Shown: positions 22,803-32,779 of the stretch, piece by piece
Position numbering within the stretch: the first letter of the stretch is position 1
Layout of the letters: the number at the start of each line of letters is the position of its first letter
Translations under genes and position numbers: made by a program
Notes under the pieces: model-generated
Told to the model about the DNA's origin: nothing
What the model saw: the letters and a program-made list of their open reading frames with translations, nothing else
Databases searched by the model: none
NCBI RefSeq assembly: GCF_001194135.2
Contig: NC_069002.1
Coordinates: 36,309,756 to 36,345,438, forward strand
Reading direction: 5' to 3'
DNA length: 35,683 nucleotides
Origin: Octopus bimaculoides
Lineage: Eukaryota

Positions 22803-22942
22803 GGGATGGTCATGTTGCCAGTTTAGCCAATAAAAACACACGCACTGTATATTTGGTGTTTTACATTAATCGTATATATAAAGCTGAAGCAAATATATAG
22901 TGCGTGTGTTTTTATTGGCTAAACTGGCAACATGACCATCCC
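22803..22942. repeat. Fold-back inverted repeat (44-bp perfect arms, 52 bp with one G:T, 36-nt loop); probable MITE or fold-back element
   Basis: 22803-22846 is the exact reverse complement of 22899-22942; pairing continues 22847-22854 with 22891-22898. Confidence 0.93.
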
Positions 22943-23721
22943 CAAATACAACAATATCTGTTTCAACACACGATTTCACATCAAGAATCTTGCAAAACAA
23001 ATATATATATATATATATATATATAGCCTATTTAAGTTGTTGGATTGTAGGTGTGCTGATACCCAGCCTTCAAGTGTTTAGTCGGACTATATTGACTCAA
23101 GGAATTATTTTTACGTGACATAAACACACACTCATTCATACATGTACACAGGCACGAGCGCGCATGCACGCACATATGTACACACACACACTGTCGATGC
23201 GATAGCTCCTAGAAGTTATTCATTGTGTGTTTAAGTCTAGCCATACGATCTTTTCAGATACGAAAATAAGGATATGAAAACACAGTGCATTCAGATTTAT
23301 TGAAGCTTTACCAACATCGTCATGCAGTAGCAACATAGTACTGTAGCTATATAGTCTTCTATTTCGTTCCGGAGTAAAGACTGTTTACTTCTTGTTATAA
23401 TCTGAAAAATAATAGATTACAACTCTCAAGATAGAAGAGGTGACAAGTGTATAACGACGACTATAGATTTCTTAGATGATGTCGCATAAGACTTCACATT
23501 CAATACTTTTACACTATCGAAAGAATTATATGTTTCCAAGAAATTTATTTCCATGTATACTGCGAGTTGGAAAATGATATATTTGTCTCCTCTTTAAGGG
23601 ATTACACAGGTTTCCGAACAGAATAGAACTAATACATTTATCTACGACCCATGAGACATAGATTTTCTCAGTTAACTAGAAAATAATTCATTTACTCATA
23701 ACAAAAAAGTCATAACACACG

Positions 23722-23723
<2 letters not shown>

Positions 23724-23812
<89 letters not shown>
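23724..23812. repeat. (TG)n microsatellite
   Basis: Pure TG run. Confidence 0.99.
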
Positions 23813-23818
<6 letters not shown>

Positions 23819-24074
23819 CACCCCGAAGATAAAGAGCAGGACCTGAAATGTTATATAAATGTTATATATTGCTTGATGTCCAATTTATGAAAAACAGCTG
23901 ATCGACATTCGATCGATCGAAAACGGTAGTTGGCAAAACTGACACACCGATATAATTGAATTAATGAAAATATTCGAAGGACGGAAAAGTGGCTGAAGGA
24001 AAAAGATTATGTTGTTACCTTTTCTTTCCATATAAAACCCTTTATTAAATTTATATATGTATTCTTGTATGCTT

Positions 24075-24178
24075 GTGTTTTCGCTCAATAAACACTCACA
24101 ACGCCCGGTCTGGGAATCGAAACCGCGATCCTATGACCGCGAGTCCGCTGCCCTAACCACTGGGCCATTGCACCTCCA
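24075..24178 (-). mobile_element. SINE family C, head-only fragment
   Basis: Reverse complement matches 24534-24637 at 100 of 104 positions. Confidence 0.93.
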
Positions 24179-24225
24179 ATCACTTGATACACAGAAGGCA
24201 AAAAGAGTTAGTGTCTCTTTCTGGC

Positions 24226-24345
24226 TGACAGACAGACAGACAGACAGACAGACAGGCAGACAGACAGACAGACAGATAGATAGATAGATAGATAGATACA
24301 TACATACATACATACATACATGCATACATACATACATGCTTGCAT
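24226..24345. repeat. Graded tetranucleotide array (GACA)n-(GATA)n-(CATA)n
   Basis: Direct inspection. Confidence 0.97.
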
Positions 24346-24533
24346 ACATAGTTTCTCACGTGAGAAACTCGCGGAGCGCCCTCTATTGGGTGTGCACTAC
24401 CAGTAAATATTTACTGGGATATGATAAAGGAACAAAGTTTTCTAGTTACCTCAGCTTCGCCTGTCTTGGTATGCTGTGACGAAGAGAACTAACGAGTTCG
24501 AAATTCATTTGTTAGTCCACTAGCGGCCCTCTG

Positions 24534-24916
24534 TGGAGGCGCAATGGCCCAGTGGTTAGGACAGCGGACTCGCGGTCATAGGATCGTGGTTTCGATTCCC
24601 AGACCGGGCGTTGTGAGTGTTTATTGAGTGAAAACACCTAAAGCTCCACGAGGCTCCAGCAGGAAATGGTGGCGAACCCTGCTGTACTGTTTCACCACAA
24701 CTTTCTCTCACTCTCACTTCCTGTTTCTGTTGTGCCTGTAATTCAAAGGGGCCAGCCTTGTCACACTGTGTCACGCTGAATATCCCCGAGAACTACGTTA
24801 AGGGTACACGTATCTGTGGAGTGCTCAGCCACTTGCACGTTAATTTCACGAATAGGTTGTTCTGTTGATCGGATCAACTGGAACCCTCGTCGTCGTAACC
24901 GACGGAGTGCCAACTA
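24534..24916 (+). mobile_element. SINE family C, full length, with degenerate target-site duplication of about 16-17 bp
   Basis: tRNA-like head with box A (tggcccagtgg) and box B (gtttcgattcc); tail ...ccctcgtcgtcgtaaccgacggagtgccaac; flanks ccactagcggccctctg (24517-24533) and ccacagtggccctctg (24917-24932). Confidence 0.95.
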
Positions 24917-25229
24917 CCACAGTGGCCCTCTGAAATGAACATGGTGTTTTAATACATGTATGCCTCTAGCAAAAATTTCTCTCCACGACAAAATGCCGTG
25001 AAAAACCTTTACAGGTTCAAATCTCTTTTACCCGTATTTGAACTGGATTTACGTTTGCATACTTTCCGTCCGTTGTTTGTGTTGCTATTTGCATTAATTC
25101 TATTTGCACACCAACTCCACCTTATTTAACAACATTGGCCACTGCTTTATTATGCCACGGGATGAAATTGAAAAGGGTAATGCAGCTCAATTTCTGGCAT
25201 ATTAATGCAATAATTTTTATGCGAAAAGA

Positions 25230-25650
25230 TTAGTTCACAAACGTACGCGTACACACATCCATACACACACCCACATACATACATACATACACACACATGC
25301 ACAGAGATCCCTTCACAGAATCATGCACATGTATACAATACACATACAGACAACACATGCATAAACACGAATGTACAAAATGAACACATACACAAACACG
25401 CACAAGGAAACACAAACATATCAGAAATACGTTTACAAACACATACACACCAACGCACATAGATATACAGCCACACAATTTACGTGTATACATTTATATT
25501 TGCAAATATATACCACACAGCCACTTAAAAAATATGCAATATTTTATACACACACACATATATATATATACACAAACATTTACACGCATATTTAGGTACA
25601 AATATATTTAAACACACAAGCACACATGTACTCTTGCATACGGACTCACA
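25230..25650. repeat. Degenerate (CA)/(ATAC) microsatellite field
   Basis: Direct inspection. Confidence 0.88.
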
Positions 25651-26009
25651 CTAACACATGCTATGGAATATATTTAACATTATCTGACTTGCATCCATTT
25701 ATCAATTTTAGAAATATAAAAATCCGGGAGCAGTCACAAGGAACGTCGATCCACCATTCATAAATTAACATAGATAACACTCACTAGCGGGACTGTATGC
25801 ATTATGAAATTCTAATTAACATAATCGTTCAAATAAGAATAAAATTTAAAAACATATAGTAATGACTAGAGAGTTACACAGTCAAATAAATATTCAACTG
25901 ACAAAAGTACGGCATTCGTTCTAAAAAGATAATCGAAATTTTCCTTCAAAAATCTAAACAAATGCATTTGTAATTTAAGGAGAGGAAGCAAAATACAATT
26001 ATTAGTTTT

Positions 26010-26120
26010 TGTTAATATTGGTTTCAAATATTGGCACAAGGTCAACAAGTTCGGAGCAAGGTGCAAGTCGATTACATCGACCACGGTGATCAAATAGTAC
26101 TTACTTTATCGACCCCAAAA
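26010..26120 (-). mobile_element. SINE family B, 3' fragment
   Basis: ttggtttcaaatattggcacaaggtc...gtcgattacatcgacc...tactttactttatcgacccc. Confidence 0.75.
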
Positions 26121-26149
26121 TGATTTTTTTTTATTTTATTGACACTAAA

Positions 26150-26254
26150 TAAAGGTGGTGAGAATCGTTAGTAACCGGAGAAAAATTGCTGAGCGGCATT
26201 TCGTCAGTCTTCACGTTCTGAGTTCAAATTCCACCGAGATTGACTTTGCCTTTC
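26150..26254 (+). mobile_element. SINE family B, head, runs into gap
   Basis: gaatcgttag...cacgttctgagttcaaattccaccgagattgactttgcctttc. Confidence 0.82.
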
Positions 26255-26767
26255 NNNNNNNNNNNNNNNNNNNNNNNNNNNNNNNNNNNNNNNNNNNNNN
26301 NNNNNNNNNNNNNNNNNNNNNNNNNNNNNNNNNNNNNNNNNNNNNNNNNNNNNNNNNNNNNNNNNNNNNNNNNNNNNNNNNNNNNNNNNNNNNNNNNNNN
26401 NNNNNNNNNNNNNNNNNNNNNNNNNNNNNNNNNNNNNNNNNNNNNNNNNNNNNNNNNNNNNNNNNNNNNNNNNNNNNNNNNNNNNNNNNNNNNNNNNNNN
26501 NNNNNNNNNNNNNNNNNNNNNNNNNNNNNNNNNNNNNNNNNNNNNNNNNNNNNNNNNNNNNNNNNNNNNNNNNNNNNNNNNNNNNNNNNNNNNNNNNNNN
26601 NNNNNNNNNNNNNNNNNNNNNNNNNNNNNNNNNNNNNNNNNNNNNNNNNNNNNNNNNNNNNNNNNNNNNNNNNNNNNNNNNNNNNNNNNNNNNNNNNNNN
26701 NNNNNNNNNNNNNNNNNNNNNNNNNNNNNNNNNNNNNNNNNNNNNNNNNNNNNNNNNNNNNNNNNNN

Positions 26768-26810
<43 letters not shown>

Positions 26811-26959
26811 TATATACACAGATACATTTATATATATGCATACATACATGCATACATAGACACCGACACTCATCATTACATTCTATACATACACACACGC
26901 ACACAGTTATATACATACCTAAGTATGTACATACATGCATACACGTATATTCACCCAAT

Positions 26960-27200
26960 TGCTGAAATATCTACGGAATATTAATAACCAAACCATTTTC
27001 TACTCGAAGCTGTATGTAGCAACATCTAATCCGTTCATTACATAAAGCTTTTCGCCATATCACAAAGAATTCCAAAGCGAATACTCGAAAGCCTTGATTA
27101 GTACTTTCTGTTGCTGGAATCGTGGACATACCACTGCTATGATGTGGTGTATGCATTGATTAAAGGAGTTTTTACTTGTAGTGGTGACGGAAGTGACGTA
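26960..27200 (-). mobile_element. Possible very decayed RLE-type retroelement fragment (zinc-knuckle region)
   Basis: Frame reads NQCIHHIIAVVCPRFQQ...YSLWNSL*YG...VENGLVINI, weakly like the ETI.HI...C..LAQ / HW.LC..YG / ENE.V.ILWD motifs of R4-like elements. Confidence 0.28.
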
Positions 27201-27463
27201 CAGCGAAGCATAGAATATGGCGGACAAATGGTTTGTGAATGCCACCGTTGACATCTTTCTAATAAATAACACTTTTGCCTGCGTTTCTATTCATTATTTT
27301 TTTTTAATCGTCAAGGCTATGGCGTGGATTAATAAAATAGATTGGTTTCTACTATATTGTGCTTGTATCTCGAACATAGTTGATAGTTAAAGAGAAAGAG
27401 ACACTGACTTTTGCATTCGTTGGTGTTTAGACGAAAGTAGTCTGCTATGACGTAGATAGATAA

Positions 27464-27664
27464 GGCGTGAGTTGGCAGAAGCGTTAGCGCGCCGAACAAA
27501 ATCTTTGGCGGTATTTCGTCTGTCTTTATGTTCTAAGTTCAAATTCCGTCGAGGTCGACTTTGCCTTTCATCCTTTCGGGGTCGATAAATTAAGTACCAT
27601 TTGTGTACTGGAGTGGATCTAATCTCCCAAGATTTCGAGCTTTGTACCTAGAGAAGAAAAGAAT
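27464..27664 (+). mobile_element. SINE family B, near full length
   Basis: ggcgtgagttggcagaagcgttagc...gttcaaattccgtcgaggtcgactttgcctttcatcctttcggggtcgataaattaagtacc. Confidence 0.92.
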
Positions 27665-27858
27665 CACTAGAATGTCGGACAAAATCCTTGACGGAATTTG
27701 TCCGTCTTTACGTTGTGAGTTCAAGTGCCGCCGAGGGCGACTTTGCTTTTCATCCTGTCGGGGTCGATAAAATAAGTACCAGTTGAAAACTGCAGTCGGT
27801 GTAATTGACTTAACGCTCCATCAAAATTACTGGCGTTTTGCCAAGATTGGAAACCAAT
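27665..27858 (+). mobile_element. SINE family B, second copy directly in tandem
   Basis: Same core: gttcaagtgccgccgagggcgactttgcttttcatcctgtcggggtcgataaaataagtacc. Confidence 0.88.
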
Positions 27859-27874
27859 ATGTGGTAGATGGGCG

Positions 27875-28822
27875 TAAACACACACACATTCACACACACA
27901 CACACTCACACGCACATATACAGATACACAAACGCATGTATACATAAATACATACACTCATATACCAAAACATGTATATGTGTGTTCCTATGTATATTTG
28001 TATTAGTAAATGTATGTACACATACACAGACTTACACAACACACATATAATATGCATACGTACATACAAACATGCATACATATGTACGTACGTGCAGACA
28101 AGCAATACATACATACATACAAACAAATCATACGTACATACATACATACGTACATACAATACATACATACATGCAGACGTACATACATCCATATATACAT
28201 ACAATACGTACATAGATACATACAAACATGCATACATATGTACGTACGTGCAGACAAGCAATACATACATGCATACATAATACATACATACATACGTACA
28301 TACAATACATACAATACATACATACATACAAACTTACATTCATACAATACATACAAACATACAGGCGTACATACATCCATATATACATACAATACGTACA
28401 TAGATACATACAAACATGCATACAATACATACATAATGNNNNNNNNNNATGCAGACGTACATACATCCATATATACATACAATACGTACATAGATACATA
28501 CAAACATGCATACAATACATACATAATGTACGCATCCATACACACATACAAGCATACATACACACATATATACAATACATATATGCACACATAAATACAA
28601 TACATACATACAGAGATATATACATACACACATACATACATACAATACATACGTGCAAACATACAAACGTACATACATACACACATACATATATACAATA
28701 TATACATACATGCACACATACAAAGCATACATACATACATACATACATAGAAACATACATACACACACACACACATACATACATACATATACGTACATAA
28801 ACATACGTACATGAACATACAT
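27875..28822. repeat. (ATAC)-based compound microsatellite with higher-order repeats of about 50-100 bp
   Basis: Blocks such as catacaaacatgcatacatatgtacgtacgtgcagacaagcaatacatacat recur; explains the HTY/CMY ORFs. Confidence 0.92.
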
Positions 28823-29160
28823 ATGACCTGATGGTTGCAAGGTATTTGACACTCGCACTGTCGAATAGCATCAGAGACATTGCTAACTGACACGCACACG
28901 TAGAGGGACTCTGCACAGCCGCCTCCACTCACATCGCTAGCGCCAATCACTTTGTTCTTCACAATCTGCCGCCAAATCAAATCAAGATCACAAGGACCGA
29001 TATCTCAACAACCTATTATAAACATAAACATAGCATTTCGAATACAGCTTGGTGCTTCTCCCTAATGATCCGTCGAGTTCAAAAGACTTAGCAGATGTTT
29101 GCAACTCGCGTCCATTTTTGTTTCGAACCAACCGTAATTTCATGCGTAGTCGTATTAAAT

Positions 29161-29169
29161 TCGTCGTCG

Positions 29170-29218
<49 letters not shown>

Positions 29219-29437
29219 TGTCGTCATCGTCATCATCCCCACCATCCTCATTACCATCATCATCATATTCCTCCTTCTCGTCGTCGTCGTCGTCGTCGTC
29301 ATCATCATCATCATCATCGTGGTCATCACCACTACCACCGCCGCAGCCAACCCCCACAACTACAACACCAACAGCACGGACAAAACGATAGCCACCATCA
29401 CCACTACCACCCACCTCCACCACCACCACCACTACCA
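29161..29437. repeat. (TCG)/(TCA)/(ACC) trinucleotide low-complexity tract
   Basis: Direct inspection; yields poly-D/M/S/I ORFs in all frames. Confidence 0.93.
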
Positions 29438-29799
29438 CCGCAGTGAACTTGGAGATCTGAACGCAACGATCCAGCGCCCTGGGAAAATTGTGGTAGAGTG
29501 TGGGATCCCAAATTTTTTCTCTTCCTTCTTTCTTTCTTTTTTTTATTAATGGGACACAATCGTTTTTCCACAGCAAACATACTACGGCTATGCTCAGCCT
29601 CGCCAAATCAATCCCTCCAGTCAAGTACACTGTACAAAGACTGTTTGCTACAGTATAGTACAATGCTTAATGCACTAGTGTGGATATTTCTTTAAGCAAA
29701 GTACATTATTACGAAATATCAAAAATAAGGGGTTTTTTTCCAACCACCGATGGAGCATAGATTTTTCTAGAAAGTTATGGTAGGATCTTCGGGGAAATA

Positions 29800-30216
29800 T
29801 GCTGAGTTGCACTGTTTTAGAGCGTCGGAAAAATGCGGTATTTCTTCCGATTCTTTACGCGATTAGTTCAAATCCAACTCTGGTAATCTTGCTTTTCGTT
29901 CCTTCTAAGTCGATAACCGTAAGTGATTATCTACGGCACCTCTGGTACTAAAGTGGATGGTTTTGGTTAACGCTCTCCCGTCAAAATTGCTCGCCTTGTG
30001 TCTAAATCAGATAAACTATTATTTGGTGAACTAGAAAAATTGTTAGTGCGTCTGGCACAATGGGTGACGTCATTTCTTCCGGTTTTACGTTGAGTTCAAA
30101 TGTCTCTGAGGTCGACTTTGTCTCACATTCGTAGTTTCAACAGAATTTGAACTCATAGTGCAAAGTGTTGCATCAAATACTGCAAGGTATTTTAACGACT
30201 CTATAAATTCGCCGGC
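29800..30216. mobile_element. Cluster of three diverged SINE family B copies (29800-30016 +, 30023-30130 +, 30141-30216 -)
   Basis: Each retains the gttcaaat / gtcgactttg / atttgaactc landmarks of family B. Confidence 0.7.
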
Positions 30217-30294
30217 TTAACACACACAACAAATGACCTTCTGTTCATACTTTCTCGTTTCAGCTTTTTTGCAACAATTTTTGGTCTCTAACTT

Positions 30295-30645
30295 TTTATA
30301 GAAAATCCTGCAGCTACTTTAGCAGTAATTTTCAGTAACAGCTTGCCTTTGAAGTTGGTACTATTCTTCTCTTCTACTTTCAATCCAAATTTCTCCCTCA
30401 CTTTACAATGTTTCTTTTCTCCCTGTATTTAATCATGTCACCTTTCATGTTCTTTTAATGTCAACGTCTTGCTACAATCACAAATTCTATGGCTGTTCAT
30501 ATTGTCTACGACTGACACAATACACAACATTTCACTGTCTTCTGTCTATATTAACTTTAATAAGGTTTGTGCGTGTTCTTACACTGCCGTAATTAGTCTT
30601 TCTGTTTCACCTCTTTAGTCCGCCATCTTTCAGTCAAGCCGTCTT
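30295..30645 (-). mobile_element. Decayed R4/Dong-type (RLE) non-LTR retroelement: zinc-knuckle and pre-endonuclease region
   Basis: KDGGLK-ETERLITAV*EHA ... NSHRICDCSKTLTLKEHER*HD*I ... KHCKVREKFGLKVEEK ... AKVAAGFSI parallels GDLKGETEGLI.AAQEQA ... HI...CSKLAQKEYKRRHD ... HW.LCKKYG ... KILWDFSI. Confidence 0.65.
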
Positions 30646-30787
30646 TTAACTTGTTTTAGCTTCTACTTACTTGATAAAATTAATTAATACCGATCTTTCG
30701 ACTTAAAATTATCGTCTAGTTTTCCCCTTTGTCTTTCATAACCTCTACTTCATTTCTACCGCGTATCCACAAGTGGTTTCTATTACT

Positions 30788-31099
30788 GGCACTCCGTCGC
30801 TTACGACGACGAGGGTTTCAGTTGATCCGATCAAGGAACAACCTGCTCGTGAAATTAACGTGCAAGTGACTGAGCACTCCACTGACACACGTACCTTCAG
30901 AGTAATTCTGGGGTAGATTTTTCGTGACAGAGAACATGACAAGGCTGGCCCTTCGAAATACAAGTAATACTAATTTTCGCCACCTGAGTGAACTGGAGCA
31001 ACTTAAGATAGATTGTCTTACCCAAGGACACAACTCACGGCCGGGAATCGAACTCGTCACCTTACGATCGTAAGGCAAATTCCCTAGCCACTAAGCCAC
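30788..31099 (-). mobile_element. SINE sharing the family C core and tail but with a different tRNA head; inserted into the R4-like remnant
   Basis: ggcactccgtcgcttacgacgacgaggg...gaaattaacgtgcaagtgactgagcactcc is the reverse of the family C 3' part; head ccgggaatcgaactc...ctagccactaagccac. Confidence 0.9.
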
Positions 31100-32040
31100 T
31101 AAGCCTTCATAGCATTGACTCTCATAGCTAAACATAATTTCCACATCACTTTCCCTAACATACATCAATATCCTTATATTTTCCAAGAATATTGGTGTTA
31201 TTTACGTTATATATTGGGCCCGTGCCTCCTCTCTTACGCATCCGCAAACAACCAACTCCCGTTTTTGTTTTTGTTTCTGTTTTTAATGTTAGCGTATAAC
31301 ATTACATTCCAGTTTAGTTCCCACCCAACGGGCAAAAGCTGCAAAGATACGCCATTATCTATATTGCTCCGGTGATGATCCTTTAACGATGTTTATTCCA
31401 ATTATTTTCTTAACTAAACTCTTTCCCTCAAATACTCCTCCGAATTGCATTTCGTTTCCTTCCGTTTCATTTCGTTATTCTGCAACAAACTTCAATATTT
31501 CTCCCTATTAAATAATTCAACCCGTCACTTTTAGATTGAACTTCCAGGTCAGCTTTGATTTTGATCCTTTCTCCTCGGTTAATTTTATTTCACTTGTTTT
31601 CTTCATTTTCATCTTTCGGGACGTATAAGATTGATCGACCAACACTTTAACAAATTGAATTTGCTAATGCTTTCTGGAAATATCCATCTTTTAATCTCAG
31701 ATTCAGCCACTGACTTTTCACTCCGTCTTAACTCAGATTCACTCGCCAAACTTATGATTTCAGTCAAGATTCTATTTGCTTATGAACTCCTAATCTAATA
31801 TTTCAAAGCAATTTAGAATACAAAGTTGAGGAGTTATATAATTTATCATAACATTATTGATCTCATCGATTGTTGGGGTTAAACCGATTTTCGATGTGAT
31901 TTTTGTCCGCATGAAATGCATTTTTCTCAATAAATCCGTGATTTCGTTCAGCTTATTTTCTGTTGCTTGGGGAGATGTTTAAACTTCAATGAATTAACTC
32001 TGTCAATTGTTGTTGCTTTTGTTTTTGTTAATGCTTAACC
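31100..32040 (-). mobile_element. Decayed R4/Dong-type retroelement: RT C-terminal and thumb region, upstream part of the 30295-30645 remnant
   Basis: Scattered motifs in the expected order: IFPESISKFNLLKC (IFS.DI.M.FGL.KC), GLNYLIG (GYKYLG), EMKRK..EEYLR, NIVKG, AAFARW (SAAFI.W), GCVREE (ECVREE). Many stops and frameshifts. Confidence 0.5.
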
Positions 32041-32069
32041 TGTCGAGACGCGTGTCTTACTCTTGTTAG

Positions 32070-32274
32070 TATTTTCGGCTCATGATCGTAAGGTCGCGAG
32101 TTCGATTCCCGGCGGTGCGTTGGAGTATAAATACTAGTAATGGTGATTGGCTAGCATAGGCATAGCTCTCTCCATTCCTCTGTTCAACATAGACGGGTAG
32201 TCATAGTGGGTAGGCTGGGCTTTGTATATTTGTACCCCAGTGTCACATTGATGGCTTGCACTGCTGTCTCATTC

Positions 32275-32316
<42 letters not shown>
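32070..32316 (+). mobile_element. tRNA-derived SINE, family D, with (AAT)n tail
   Basis: Box B gagttcgattccc at about 32098; 3' end gtaccccagtgtcacattgatggcttgcactgctgtctcattc followed by (AAT)n. Confidence 0.78.
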
Positions 32317-32317
32317 C

Positions 32318-32528
32318 CCTTCTACTAAAGGCACAAGGCCTGAAATTTCGTGGGAAGGGGACTAGTCGGTTACATCGAACCCAGTGTTTCACCAGTAGTT
32401 AATTTATCGATTCCGATAGGACGAAAAGCAAAGTCGACTTCGGCGAAATTTGAACTGAGAACGTAGTGACAGACGAAATATCGCTACACATTTCTTTTGG
32501 TTTGCTAACGATTGTGCCAGCTCGCCGC
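32318..32528 (-). mobile_element. SINE family B, full length
   Basis: Head tgccagctcgccgc (reversed ggcgagctggca) through tail ccttctactaaaggcacaaggcctgaaattt. Confidence 0.92.
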
Positions 32529-32545
32529 TTTAAATAAAAAAATTA

Positions 32546-32595
<50 letters not shown>

Positions 32596-32687
32596 TACAT
32601 ATTCCCTTACACACATACATACATACATACATACAGACATACATACAGACATGCATACATGCATGCATACATACATACATACATACA

Positions 32688-32718
<31 letters not shown>
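32546..32718. repeat. (AGT)n then (ATAC)n microsatellites
   Basis: Direct inspection. Confidence 0.97.
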
Positions 32719-32719
<1 letters not shown>

Positions 32720-32779
32720 CACTTTTTTCGAACGAGAAGATTCATTGCTGCCATCTCGTTACAAAGAAGGAAAAGAAGT

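Noticed and set aside
24534-24610. tRNA-like sequence with A and B boxes (also at 12132 and 32070)
   Set aside because: These are SINE heads continuing into SINE bodies, not standalone tRNA genes.
8243-26965. Long ORFs of 118-337 aa in the track, made mostly of X
   Set aside because: They are open only because N-runs contain no stop codons.
28365-28527. Repeated block around the 10-N gap at 28439-28448
   Set aside because: Probably a contig overlap; cannot be counted as a true repeat unit.
27890-29663. Multiple long overlapping ORFs (CMYV-, HTYI-, poly-D/M/S-rich)
   Set aside because: Translations of microsatellites, open in several frames on both strands; no splice or codon-usage support.
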